Source of the DNA: Gekko japonicus
Lineage: Eukaryota
Reading direction: 5' to 3'
NCBI RefSeq assembly: GCF_001447785.1
Contig: NW_015160909.1
Location: forward strand, 90,080 to 154,079
Length of the DNA: 64,000 nucleotides
Notes under the pieces: generated by a model
Seen by the model: the letters and a program-made list of their open reading frames with translations, nothing else
What the model was told of the DNA's origin: nothing
Databases searched by the model: none
Shown here: piece after piece, positions 25,791 through 38,887 of the stretch
How positions within the stretch are numbered: position 1 is the first letter of the stretch
Layout of the letters: every line of letters begins with the position of its first letter
Translations under genes and position numbers: made by a program

Positions 25791-28700
25791 ACCTTCCCTT
25801 TTAGAGCATAATTATAGCCAGGATTGAGGGTAAATTATAAAAGACTAGACAATATTGTGTTGAGTTACCTAGCAGGGAGAGTCCCAATTAAACAAAATGG
25901 AGGAGGAGTGTTCTTTTGTTTGACCAAATTTTCACAACAGTTAGAGGCTTGAAATAAAAAGCTTGGTATGAACATTTATCATGTGTCCTTGCTTGATGTC
26001 AATGAAAGTGCACCATTGATTTTAATGAAAGCAGGATTGGGTCATTTGTATTAAAAAGCTCTTCAAAGAGTGCTTCCAAATCTTCCTTCATGGACAAATG
26101 TCAAAAAAGACCACTTGGTTGGTGCAGCAACATTAAAACGTAAAACCCTGCTGATACTGAAAGAAGTCACCAAGCTTAATGAACGATCAATTCACTCAAT
26201 ACTGTGAGGTTACTGGATGCAGAGATAGTATTTAGGAGGATAATGCCTTCTTCCCCTTTGTAGATGACTGCACCTGTTTCTTTAAAGATTTTCAGTTTGA
26301 TGTGCTTTGCCGGGTTTTATTTGTATTAACAAAGTAATAGGAAATCCTGCTATTGAATCTGTGGGGTAGGGGAGAGGGGAAAGACAGCAATATTAATGCT
26401 GCCTATTCTTAGAACAAAGATCAGCTCCATGAGAGTGTTTTTAAAGGCTAAGCTACTTCTTCATGATGCTCAGTATTGGATTGTGCTCAAATGATTGCTT
26501 TCAGGAAAATGCGTAAAGGTGGAATGAAGTGACAGCGACTAGTTAGGTCTGAAAAGTGTTAGAATCCTCCTAGATTAAGCAGCGTTTCTGTCTGTGGAAT
26601 GCTTTGTATTTTTGCAAGTTTTCAGGTCAAAAGAGCACAAACTCAAAGAATGTTCAACAAATATAGGTCTGATTTGACAGGATAAAGGTCAAGAGAGAGA
26701 AAACCCTGACTCCTGAATACTTATAGATACTCCTACGTGGGGTGATTTTTGACAGAAAATCATACAAAAGGATTTAAGTGAAGAATTTTGTACAAAACAA
26801 TCTGTAGGCACCCATATTTGCTTTTCTGCTGCAGCACCAGGAGGTAACCATGTTTAACCTTTGCCAAGCAAGAGTTTGTTTTCTTTTCTTTCTTTTTTTA
26901 ACTACTGTAGAATATTGAAAATGAAATGTTCTTTGGGCTTGTCTTTTGGGAAATAATATGTATTCCAGTACATGGAACACACTAAAATGTAAATAAGTAT
27001 TAACTATAATTAAATGCTTTGCCAAAAACAAACAAACCAAACAACCAACCAACAATGAGGAAGAACCCTGAAACAAACCATGGCAAAAGGTAGATGCCAT
27101 TAGTCTTCCTTTCAGATCCTCGCTCATCCCATGGGCGTTTCCAGATAGAAGGTCCCTTCCACAAGAGTAACAGCAGTTTTTTTCCACAGCTGTGTGACAG
27201 CTGACTGCCCCCAGTTTAATTCTCACCCTCATGTAAGTCAAGGGTACAAGACCGGTGTTGCCAGAAAGGGGACAGCACTATAAATATTGTGCTTTCTAGC
27301 ACTGGGAAGCTTCAGCACATAAGCCACTGAAACAAGAACTGAGGAGTACATGAACTTTTTGGCACCCTTTGAGAATAATACAGGGCAACGTATTTGTGAT
27401 ATCCCTCATGAATAATGAGCAACCATTAGGTGCCAGAATCATCCTTTGATTGTGTGGCATCTCAAACGTTAACAAATATATTGTAAGGTGAGTTTTTGTG
27501 AGTGAGGCCCCAGTTTCTCAGATTAATTGTCAAATGCTTCCTGTTTTAGAAATAAATGCTTTTCCCCACAGCAAGAAGTCTGAAACTGTTGCCCATGTCA
27601 GAAGACTCATTTGCTCTTTTCAGACGTTATTTCAGCACATGGAGTGACCCGGCAGGACGTGCTGTTCCTGATTCATAGACATTGATTTGAAGGCCTGAAC
27701 AGACTCTAGATGTGTATTTGGTTAGTAGGGAGCTTCCCATGTAGTCAGAAGGATTCCTCAGTGTCCAAAGAACCTCCTGCAAGTAAATGGTTGTATGTGT
27801 GTTATAACTGTGATAACATATGAGGCTAACTTGTAGTAACATTGCCTCCATGTTCTCTGGTGAAGTTATCTTGAGCATAGCATTTTGCTGTTGGGCACCA
27901 CACCTGTACAGTAGTCATTTGGCCATTGCTATGTGCAGCTGCTTTTCCTCAGTCCAAAATGAAATCATCCCATTTACTAGAGAAGAAGAGGTAGTATTGC
28001 CCTAATCATGGTCACTCGTGTCATTAAATTAGTGGACTTATATAAAGCCTAGGATCTCCCGAAGTCCATTCCATTTTTGTACCTGCACAGTCAGATGCAT
28101 CCGCGAATGACTGGTACGGGATAGAATGCATTGCCTATTTTTCTGCACCTGTGCAATAAGCGGCATCTGTTTAAGAAGTGATCTCAAGAACTGATCACTA
28201 GATTAGCTGGGTTCATAGGCAGACATTTAAAGAACTCAAAAATGCTTAAATAGAAACACAGAAATCTTAAACCACATTTGTTTTCCTATTATATCTTTTT
28301 TAATTTGGAAGTGGTGGCAGATGAGTGGCGGGATGGGGCTGCTGTGAAAAAGCTGCCTAATTGTGGAAGAAAACACTGTAATCGTGCCAGCTGGACACAT
28401 TTGAATTCACTCAGATGCATCTGATGAACAGCTTACCAAACAAATAGCTCACTTCTTTGTGACCTGAACTGGTGGGCTATTTGATGCATGTGGATTCTCT
28501 TCAGAAACTTTAAGTCAACAGGTGCTGACAGGGTGTAGGAACTTTGGTTGCAATCTCTTTCTTCTCTGTACATTTCAGTGACACAGCTTGGTAGAGATAC
28601 TGCAAGTTCATTTTATTCTCCAGGACTTTTAATGTGGTTTAAACTGCAGGCATTTGGGGGGGAGGGGAAGGTATCAGGGTTTTCTTCTACTGGTTTTAAA

Positions 28701-28944
28701 TGGTAATTTTTTAACTGTGACATGTAAGCTGCTTGAGCATCAAGGAAAGCTGAAATATATAATCATGAAATAATTAAACATGAATATCACATGACATGGC
28801 TACCTCCATTTTAAGAATGAATTTAGGAATGTGACTTTTAACTGGTTTTCCCTGTATTTTTTCTTATCTTTTCTCAAGTCCACCTGCAGCAAGATAGCAA
28901 ACTGTGTCCTTAATGATATGTAGGGGTTCACTCTTTTGCTCATT

Positions 28945-29338
28945 CAGGAGTGCAGTCACATGTGCCAGATAATGTGGGGGGGAAGTGAGGCTATTTGCTC
29001 CATAGTAATTTGACCCACCACTGTGTGATCAGACGCAATGGCGGGTGAATTGGTTTTTTTTCTTCTCCGCATGTTTCCGGTGCACTTCAATGAGGGATCA
29101 CTGATGCAATGGGAGTGCGCTGGAGCGATCACAAAGGAAAGTCCATCTGTGGCCCGTCGCAAACCCGTTTGATACTGCACTTTCCCCGGTATTTTTTAAC
29201 TCCACTTCTTTGGTGGAGCGAAACGGGTTGCCGATGGGTGCGAGATGCTTGCCAGATGTCCCCGTGTGATCGCGCCCTTAAAATCCGCCCAGCATTCATG
29301 CATATTGTGTGGCTAATTCTGCATGTGATCAGGACCCA
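28945..29338. mobile_element. possible PIF/Harbinger-like MITE
   Basis: Repeated gatcac/gtgatc palindromic motifs; right end catgtgatcaggaccc; left end uncertain. Confidence 0.4.
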
Positions 29339-29403
29339 GGATTCTTAAATAGCAACCAGGATTCTTATATCGCAACCAGAACAATGTTGTTAATGGTGGA
29401 ACA

Positions 29404-30504
29404 TCTCTCTCCTATATAATAAAGCTGTTTTGGTGTGACTCCTGGACTCGCTCCCACAGCCTTTGGCCCGCTTGGCTGCCACTCTCACAGTCTCCCAATC
29501 CCCTGGCAGTATTGCTTTGCTGCGTTGGCTCGGCCGCGCCCATGGCGCCAGCGGCCAGCATTTTGCTATCACTCTCCAGGGAGCCACTGAAGGGAATGGA
29601 GTCTTGGCTTCAGTGTGCTGCGAGCCAAGTGACGAGATGAGCATTCCGGTGGGTGGGTGGTGAAGAGGGCAACTGCGACACAATGGGGGAACAGGGCGAG
29701 ATGGCGGAGAACTAGGAAGGACACCAGTCAACGTGGCTTGCCATTTGTGGGGCTGGGCAAAGATGAAAAGCTGGCTGGGTGCTCGTGGGGGTGGGCCTGG
29801 CCACTGGCAAGAAAGCCACAACCTCCCTCTCATCCCAGGCCCACTGGCGGGGACGTGCTGCGCTCAGTGAAGGGGAGTTTGGGAAGGAGCGGGCCGGCCA
29901 CTCTGGACCACTTGAATGCCACATGACAAAGGGGGGGAGTGCTGCACGTGTCAGCAGTGAGGGGTTCTTCAGGGGGGCTGCCAGGCCACTGCACGGGCTT
30001 CCATGTCTGCTCCCGCCCACCTCCTATCTCTACAGCTGGGGCAGGCCGTGGCTGAGGATGATGCTTGCCCACAGCATTGGGCCGGGGGTCGGCCCACCTT
30101 GCTGTGGCCTGCCATGGCTCCTCTGTTTGCCCCCAGGCACCTTCTTTCGGTATGGCAGGGGCAGCCCACGAGATGCTCCAAGATCACGTCTGGTGGCCTG
30201 GACGGCTGAGAAGAGGGAGCCTTATGGATCGCCTGCCTGTCCTTGGTGTGCACAGCCCCCTCCTTCATCTTCTCCCAGCAGGTGAGCGGAGAGCTGAGGA
30301 AAAGCAGGCTGCTACCAGGCTCCCTTCCCTCCCAACCGAAGGAGCTCTGGGGATAAGGAGGATGGCGAGGGAGGAGGCCTGCATGAAGACAACACTCCAG
30401 CTGGCCCCACTTTTGTTCCCAGCAAGAGCTGCGGTGCGGGGAGGATTGCTATCATGCTCTTCTAGCGCTCATTGTCTTGCTTCTACAACAGGCTTTGTGC
30501 CTAG
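29404..30504 (+). mobile_element. non-autonomous Helitron with GC-rich interior
   Basis: A|TC...tatataataaa 5' end; subterminal hairpin gctcattgt (30467-30475)/acaacaggc (30485-30493); CTAG|T 3' end; no TSD. Confidence 0.85.
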
Positions 30505-31261
30505 TATTCCATATTGCACATCCCCAGTATTGATTGACTTCATTTCTCTGGCAAAATTAGCTTCTTCCTTAAGCCCTTGAGAACCAGGCATTTTGTTCTT
30601 TTTCTTTTTTGCTAACATAAAGCTAAATTAAAGCTTGTTTTTTCTCTGGCATGATCTTCATTTCTAAATAAAATTTGACACATAAACCTGTAAATAGGAT
30701 CCCTCAGAGCACCCAGGCCATGTGTTTTTGTTTGAAAAGCATGGTGGGCTATCAAATATGTCTGAGAGAATTCTGGCCTGAACAATAATGGGAGTTGCTG
30801 GTAAGCTAGCATCATCTACTGGATACTGGAGGAAGCAGCCAGGGAAGAAACACCATTTTGCCCCATGCCACTGATCAGCAAGGGGCAAGCCCTACTCCAT
30901 AATCAGGAAGATAAAATGACCACTCTCAAACAGGCAGAATTAACCCTTCAACCAGTAGGGATAGTGAAGGAGCACTGCAATCACACCAGCCATTTCTGTC
31001 AAGGGAGTAAATGACCAGGAAATCATGTTCGCCACGAAGCGCTCTCACCTGGGACAACATGCAGCCACCAAGACCTGCAACAGAGTCACATACAGTGTCC
31101 GAGTCTCCCCTTCCGTTTCCTAGGATCAGAGAAACAGAAAGTTAACTCCATTCTCTTAGAAATATTTTCTTCTTTTCCTTAAATAAAATTTTAAAACTCT
31201 TTTGTATAGTTGCTTCTTTGATGCAAATTTATAGACCTAGAATCTTAATTTTGTATTTGTG

Positions 31262-31463
31262 TTGGAAAGGGCCATCAAGTCACAGTCGATTTATGGCAAT
31301 CCTGTAGGGTTTTCAAGGCAAGAGACATTCAGAGGTGGTTTGCCCCTGCTTTCTTCGGTGTCACAATCATGGACTTTGGTGGTGGTCTTCCATCCAAATA
31401 GTAACCAGAACTGACCTTGCTTAGCTTCTGACAAGATCAGGATAGCCTGGGTCATTCAGGTTA
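31262..31463 (-). mobile_element. 5S rRNA-derived SINE
   Basis: The minus strand reads ...gaagctaagcaaggtcagttctggttactatttggatggaagacc, similar to 5S rRNA, followed by an RTE-like tail. Confidence 0.8.
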
Positions 31464-31786
31464 GATAAAGTATTTTATTAATTCATCCTTTTGTATGAAG
31501 AGTAAGCTTGTCTACGGTTGAACTAATTCGTATCTTTCAGGTAACTGCTTCCAATAGCTGAATCTATGCTTGCCTGGATTCAGTGCATTTCAGAGGCAGT
31601 ATTCATGATAATATGTATTTTAAAAATTAAATAAATAAATAACTGAATAAGAATTAGAACCCTAGTGTTTCTGCAGGTCTATGATGTATCAGTTGTATGT
31701 TTTAGCAGCCATGTGCATTTATATACCTGTGTCTGAAGTCTGATAATATTTCTGCTTGTTTGGAATTAGTGCTCTTTGATTAAGTA

Positions 31787-32038
31787 AATGGTGGCCCCTG
31801 CCACACGCAGGGGAAAAGGCGCTTGAAGGCGCGGCTTTTAAAAGCCGTGCCAATGTTGACACGGCGCGGCGGGATCTCACGGAGGTGGTTCAGTTTGAAG
31901 CGGATTTGGGCGGATTTGGGCCAGTTCGGGCACGGAAGCAGGACGCTTCCCAGATGTTGTGGTGTGATCGCGCTGCTTTGATCCGCCCCCGAACTGGCCC
32001 GCAACTGGCCCAAATCCCCTCGTGTGGACGGGACCATA
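31787..32038. mobile_element. Harbinger-like palindromic MITE
   Basis: Imperfect TIRs ggcccctgccacacg/cgtgtggacgggacc; CpG-rich internal inverted repeats. Confidence 0.6.
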
Positions 32039-32053
32039 GATTGATTATTTAGA

Positions 32054-32141
32054 ACAGTGCCGTCCTAAGCAGAATTAGTCTTCTAGGTCTCTTGAAGTCA
32101 GTGGGCATAGAAGGGTGCAACTTTGCTTAAGGTTTCACTGT
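32054..32141. mobile_element. short palindromic MITE (acagtg...cctaagcag...cttaag...cactgt)
   Basis: Self-complementary; same family as the element split around 58665-60826. Confidence 0.55.
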
Positions 32142-32159
32142 TACTTGAATATACATGTT

Positions 32160-32257
32160 ATAAGGACTGAAACTCAATAAATAGCTGGGCACACACTCAA
32201 TTGATACAAATTTTGTTTTAATAAGGACTGAAACTCAATAAATAGCTGGGCACACAC
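32160..32257. repeat. 37-bp direct duplication
   Basis: ataaggactgaaactcaataaatagctgggcacacac at 32160-32196 and 32221-32257. Confidence 0.9.
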
Positions 32258-32352
32258 AAGTTTTGTTTAAATCAACTGTCACCCCACCAAATTTAATTCA
32301 CTTCCAACTCACCTCTGTATCATGCTTATATTGCACACTCCAGTCTTTCTTT

Positions 32353-32680
32353 GAGAGCCAGTGTGTTGTAGTGGTTAAGAGTGTGAGACTAGTATCCCTA
32401 CTCATACTATGGAAGTTCACTGGACCTTGGACAAGCCATACTCTCTCAGCTTAACCTATCCCACAGGGTTGTTGTGCGAATAAAATTGAGGAGTGGAGAA
32501 TGATGTAGGCCACTTTGGGTCCCCATTGGGGAGAAGGTTTGGATACAAATGAATAAAATAACAATATATTTAGCATAGGGATAGTAATACTGGCCTACCT
32601 TATCGGGCTGTTATAAGGATTAAAACAATGTTTAAAGTGCTTTGAACACTGAAAGGTCTCTATATAAATGCTGCTGTTTA
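32353..32680 (+). mobile_element. older Squam3/MIR-like SINE(s)
   Basis: gagagccagtgtgttgtagtggttaagag head, core-like cacagggttgttgtg, and a second core fragment. Confidence 0.6.
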
Positions 32681-35600
32681 TTGTTGGAATTCATGTAAGC
32701 ACTGAGGTCTGTTTTGTCTGGCTGGTTCAATCATCATAGTAATGCATCCTCAAACAACCAACCAGCAACATCTGGAAATGTTTGTTTGTCATTCCAGATC
32801 AATGCCTATAAGAAGCTGGAATTTGCCTTCTTTCCTTACTGAATATAATAGCAGAGAGTCTTCTATGCTAGTGTTGTTTAACTGGTACCTTAGCCCTCTG
32901 TCCTAATGAGGAGGTGATGCTTGAAGAAAAGACCTTTTCTGTCCTCTTCAGTTTTCACCACAATCTGGATTATGGCATTTTGAGGGGGGGGGGGGGAATC
33001 TGAATGTGTGTGTATATTGCAACTGTGCCAAATGTTTACACAGTTGGCTGGAAATTAGAACCAGATGTTGTATACTATGCTGCTTCTGTTCTTAGCTCAG
33101 AAGTGTCAAGCTTGACAATACTGCCATTTCATTAATGGCTTTAATTAGAATGGTAAAGAAATCATGGAACTAAGCACCTGTGACATTTGTTATCTCAGAA
33201 TGTTTACAGATGCCTGTTGCTGAAAATTAACAAGATACTGAAAATAATCATAGAGGTTCTTGTTTTTTTGGGGGGGGGATTCAGCTCAGAACTGATGATA
33301 TTTAGATTCCTTGGAATATTTTCATACTGTGTAAATGGTGATTCCTTTCACATGAAATGTGGGTAAATATTTAATTTTTGAATTTACCTTTGACCAGCCT
33401 ACTATGGAAACATTTGCAAAATATTTTATGAATACTTCATTCATTGTTTTTGTTATAACATGTCAAAACTGTTCAATTTCCCCCAAATTTTACTTTCCCA
33501 GATATCAGCCAAAATAAACTAGATTTTTCTTGTCTTACACAACAATATCCCCTGGACTAGCCTTACAGTACAATCCTAAGAGCTACATACATTAACCTTC
33601 TTTAGGATCAAACTGTTAATTTACCAATCAACAACAATCAAATTATCTTCTGTTGTTCAAATTGACCATTTCATTAAATTCTTCGTTTATTAATATCTAT
33701 TTGTAGAAGGGTGGTCTTTTATATCAGTAGGCAGTGACGAGTCAAACCTTTTAGTATGCACTATCTATCCATGCTCATGCTTATAAATCCCAGTGATGGT
33801 CCTTGATCACTTTGATAGTTTGGGCTGCATTCTTCCTTCATTAAAATAAATGGGACTTTGCAATTGACTTCAATAGCAGCAGGGCTGTACCCTTGGGAGA
33901 ACAATGACACAGTTTCCTAACACTTCACTTAGGAATATATAATTCTCAAAAGGCAATATCATTTATTATTTGAGGCTGCTTTATCATCTGTCCTTCTTTT
34001 CACATTGTTACTGATTTTACATCTTTTCTCCTTAAAAACACTCAAAGTCCTCTAAAGTTTCTGAGTTTTTGAATGAAAGAGTCAGGGTTATATCCAATAT
34101 GGAACACCCTATTTAACATGTAAGTTCAAGGGCTATTTTTAGAAAGTGAGAACAGGATATATACAAACAATACTGCTGAGATATTTTAAATAATAAAAAT
34201 GAACTCTTTTTTTACACTATTGATCTGTTGTCCTCATGTTTAAACCTAGATAGATAGAATGGAGACAGTTTGAGGCCTGATCTAAACCAATCAGGAGTAG
34301 TGTTCAGGGGAGGGAAGTGCAGTGCTTCAAACACCAAATAAGATTCATGAAAACAGAGAATGGTAAACTGCTAGACAAACTGATTTTAGAGAGATCATGG
34401 TGGAAATCATAGTTATTTCTTTCTTGTGGGAGTATCAAGCACAAATTGATGCAAAATTAGTGATGTTCTGTTTGAGTCCTGCCCTGTAGGTAAAACAGGG
34501 TTAGCCAGGCTAATGATCCTTGCATGCTTTGGCTATCTTGCTGCTTGTTCTGTGGGCATATATTCTAGGGTGCCTTTGCAGTGGCGTGCCACAATTTGGA
34601 TCACATGCATGGGCTGCCATTGCAGATGACCTTTTGGGCCCCGCTAGATCCTATTTATTATGTGTGGTGGGTTTTATACCTAGTTGCCATCCGTGCATAA
34701 TAAAAATAGGCCAGAGCAGAATGAGAGGTTCTTAAATTGATTTCAGTAGGATTATCTATGCTTAAATCAATGGAGGGCTGTGGTTTATACATACAATGAA
34801 GTATCATAGTGATTAAAAAAATGGCAGTGGTTAGCTGTCTGGTGGCTGATGATTATATGAAATTCTTTTACTCCATTCTTGGTTGTGAAGGACAATAGTC
34901 AAATCAGCATGCTCGATCACTACTGTGAAGTGATAATGGAGTTATGTGATAGTGGGGCCTTCTAACAAAATCTAGCAAGCAGAACATATTTCATAAATGT
35001 AACTTGCAAGATGTTGTATTGTCAGTGGGGTATTAAAGGCTCAAACATGAACGATTAGGTACAATAGAGGAATATGATTTTTATTATCTTGTACTTTTTT
35101 CTTTTTGCTGAATCTTCTAGTGTATTAGCCTTTTAAATTAGTTGAATCGAAAACCAAAATTGCTGTTCTTCTATAGAAAATTACAGTTCTCTTGTTTTCT
35201 TTTAAACAGCAATGAAAGCCTTGCACTTGTATTGTCTGTTGAAGTATTCTTCTCACTGAAGGCTGCTTCATATATTTTATGAGAGATGCTTTTACCCAAG
35301 GCACTGATTAAGAGCCAAACTATAAGTGACACTGAACTTGAGTTTGTTCAAGTGCTTGAGATTCCACGTGTTTCCTACCGCCTCTGCTGTGGTCTTGCTG
35401 CTGCAGTCACATGTGCTACCATTTCCATGTTCCCTGGCTACTGGTTTTGCAATTCCACCATCCAGTGGTTGAAGAAACAATAGCAAGCCAATGTAATTGT
35501 GACCTCCTGAATACAGAGTTGTGCTGTCTGATGTTCAGGCAATGAAGTGGAAAGCGCAGATATATGGATTACTGCCAAGGAGATGAAGTTGTGGCTACAT

Positions 35601-35747
35601 ATTAAAGGACAGTCATGTCAATGGAACATGTATACAGTGTCACTTATATTTCAGCTCTCAGAATCTGCTTTGGGGAATTGGTCCCCAAGGATAGCCCCAT
35701 TAAAAGTCTTTGCCAGTGGGAAGGTTATACTACACCGCCTACCATTC

Positions 35748-36446
35748 TGTCTTGGGTCAGAGCAGACTCAGCCAAGACCAAGGAGATGAGACAGAAGCAC
35801 TAACCAGAAGCGTAAGTCAAGAGTTCAGTCCAAGAGGGAAGCCAGATGAGGGTCCAAGAAACAGAGTTCAAGCAGGTCCGAGAGGCATTGTCAAACAGGT
35901 CCGGGGTCAAAGCCAAAGGTTCAAGAGTAGCAGCCAGAAACAGGTCCAGATGGAGTGGTTGCACGTCTCCAGGAAGGTGACAAGTTGTTCCCACGCCTTT
36001 CCCCCTCTGAAACCCATCCTTTATTGGCAGCTCACAGCTGCATCTTGTTGCTTGCAAGAGCAGTGTCCATTAACTCCAGGTGTTCCTCTTTATCTGTCAG
36101 TCACTGGGCAGCAAGGCGTGGGCTCTGGCTCCTCTCGAGGAGGTCCAAGCATGCGCGCCTCCTCCTGCGTTCCCCTGGCTCTGGGGACAGAGGAGGCAAG
36201 ACAGCCTGTGAAGTTTCCCCACGATCTTGGGTTGCTGAGGCACCACCTCTCTGGGTTGTGTCTTCCGTGTTCCCAGTGCACATGGGGCTGGAGTGCCTGC
36301 TGTCCTCATCAACTGGGGCACTAGGACCTGCCTCTGCTGTCTCAGGGTTGTTAGGAGCATCAGCTGGCTGAGTTTCAGAGGTGTTGACAGGGCTGTTATC
36401 AGCATTAGCTGAGTGCTCTTCAGTTAAAGCAGAATGGCCCACGACA
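35748..36446 (-). mobile_element. Gypsy-type solo LTR (699 bp)
   Basis: TG...CA ends; IR tgtcttggg/cccacgaca; perfect 5-bp TSD cattc (35743-35747, 36447-36451). Confidence 0.88.
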
Positions 36447-37927
36447 CATTCAGCCCACTGCTCTGCCCCCTTTTCCCACCACATTTCCCACTCCAACCCC
36501 AAGGTGGCCTTAAACTGTTTTGAAAAGGCCTATGTTAATCCCAGAGTTTTGGGTGAATCCTAGTGTATTGTGCTGATGTGATAATGACATTGTTTCTGGT
36601 TCACATTAGAAGTGCTGTTGCAGTGTAAGCATGAAACTGATCAGATACACCTCTCACTATCTCCTGCCAGGTGGAAGTGCTAGGCTGGCTATCTTAATGA
36701 TAAGTAGGGTTGCCAGCACAAGGGTGCAGCTGATGAGTGGTGGGAGACAAAGAGTTCTGACCAAATGCTAGAGTGTTGCCAACAACATGCTGATGGCACT
36801 TCCCATTATATTATATTTGCATATCAGGATGCTGGCAGCCCCCCCCCCCCCAATTTCATCCCCATTTTCCTCCCACTGCTTAGCTGAATGGGGATGGGAA
36901 ATCAGCAACCCTAGTGTTCTACGTTTTTCTACACTATGATTTTTTAAAAAATTATCTATTTGATGCCAACATCCTGAGGGCATTAAGGTTCTTTGACTTG
37001 TGTGGCTAGCTGATAAACCACACAGTAAAACAATTATCCAGGCAGTAAAGGGTAACAAAAGAATGTATTCGAATAAAGGAACACCTAACAGCTCGTAGAT
37101 GTTCAATGTGTTACAGCCAGGAGCTTGCTTATATACTCTTCTTTCTCCTTCTCACATTATATCATCATTGACATCATTTAGACATGCTCAGTTCAGATTT
37201 CTTTGTCTGGTCAGTCATCAATCACATATTTGACACACAGGATGTTACTTGGCCACATCTCAACTCCTACAATGCAGGTGCAACACTCATTATGTTGATT
37301 TATATTTCTGTTCACTTCTTTTGGCTATCTTCCTAAATTCCTTTCACCTTCGAATGAACCCTCAGACTGAGTTGATTTTTAGTACAAAACTTAGATATTT
37401 TCATTTAAAATGGTTCTTTTACATTAATACATGCATATAAAAGTATAACAATATTCTTAAAGCATTTTATAAACTTATTTTCACTAAAAGGTATACAAAA
37501 TATGAAAACATATATCATTACAATGTCATTCTAAAGAATTAAACCCTTTACATGTCTCTAAGTGTTTCAAATTAGCCTATGGCATAAAGCTCTAGTAGAT
37601 GCATTGTATCTATCAGTCTTTATTTTGGTTCATCAGAATATTTTTACAAAATATTTAAACTTCCTTATTTTGTCAAGATATGTTATTTTACTTTAACTAG
37701 CAGGAGTCACCCTTTTATAATACAAGTTCTACATTTTTAATTGACCCTTTTAATTGGCTTCCAGGTGTGCATGATTTATTATTTTGTTTTCTTAAACCTT
37801 TTGGAATATCTCCCAACTTTATGCTTGTTAAACACTTAAAAGCACACAATAACTTATGGAATACCCTTTTAATTAGTTTCTTTAATTGACAGACCCATGA
37901 TTAATGACTTCTGTTTTGGCTGAATCT

Positions 37928-37928
<1 letters not shown>

Positions 37929-37961
<33 letters not shown>
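37929..37961. repeat. (CA)n microsatellite
   Basis: Directly visible. Confidence 0.95.
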
Positions 37962-37963
<2 letters not shown>

Positions 37964-38887
37964 CCAGCTCTTGGTCATTTTCTAATGTTTTGCTTGGTAG
38001 TTGTTATGGATCTTTGCCAGGTTCTGAGTGTGTAATGATTTCTCTTTAGGCAAGCATCCTTTTTGTCTTAAGCTGAATAACTTTCTATAGCAAAGCTTAA
38101 AATTAATAAAGGATAGTTGCTTTTACAAATATCTTATAAATATTCAGCCTTAAACATAATATAAAGTTCTAAAAACACAAACAATCAGATCAAGAGAAGG
38201 GATTTCTCTCTGTTACAGTATATAGCTGTCCTCTGTTTTACCCCAATTTTAGGCTTTGCTAACAACATCTTGATTAATTCCTTTGAAGTAAAAGGATGGA
38301 ATATCAATCTTTTAACTGACAATTAGTGTGGTGCTTTCACAACAGTCCAGTTCATGTAAGTGTCTATATAAACCAACAGAGTCTTTTCCTCTTTAAAACA
38401 GGTTGAAAAGGCAACCTAATAGACTCTAATAGTTCAATATGTTAGAGTATTCCAAACTCGAGGAAAGCCTCTTTGATGTTTCCTCATTTAAAATTACTGA
38501 AAAATCATAAACCACTACAATAAACTTTTCACCTTTCTTTGAAGTATAAGATTTCATCATAAATCTTGGACTCTGAGAATTCATGCCAATTAAGAAGGCT
38601 GACACAAGAACACCAGTTCAATAAAACTCAAACAATCCTTAGGAAAAACCTCTCTTGAGCCCGCTTGCGGGAAGGGCGGGGTATAAATGTAATGAAAATA
38701 AATAAATAAATTGTCAATTAAAAGTGATTTGAACCACCTGTCTTTATAAAGCTGTTTAGTGGTTTACACAGTTCACCAATTCTACTGGGAGAATCCCAAA
38801 GAATCTTTCCCCCCCCTCAAAGAGTCCTGGAATGCTAGCAATAATATATAGACAATCATTTGAACCCTGGGTATCCCCTACATATTT

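Noticed and set aside
31380-31463. 5S rRNA gene
   Set aside because: Partial, diverged and fused to a SINE tail.
32160-32257. CRISPR-like repeat-spacer
   Set aside because: Only two copies in vertebrate DNA; a simple local duplication.
36705-36913. hAT MITE with tagggttgcc ends
   Set aside because: No TSD and two candidate left ends; the boundaries cannot be supported.
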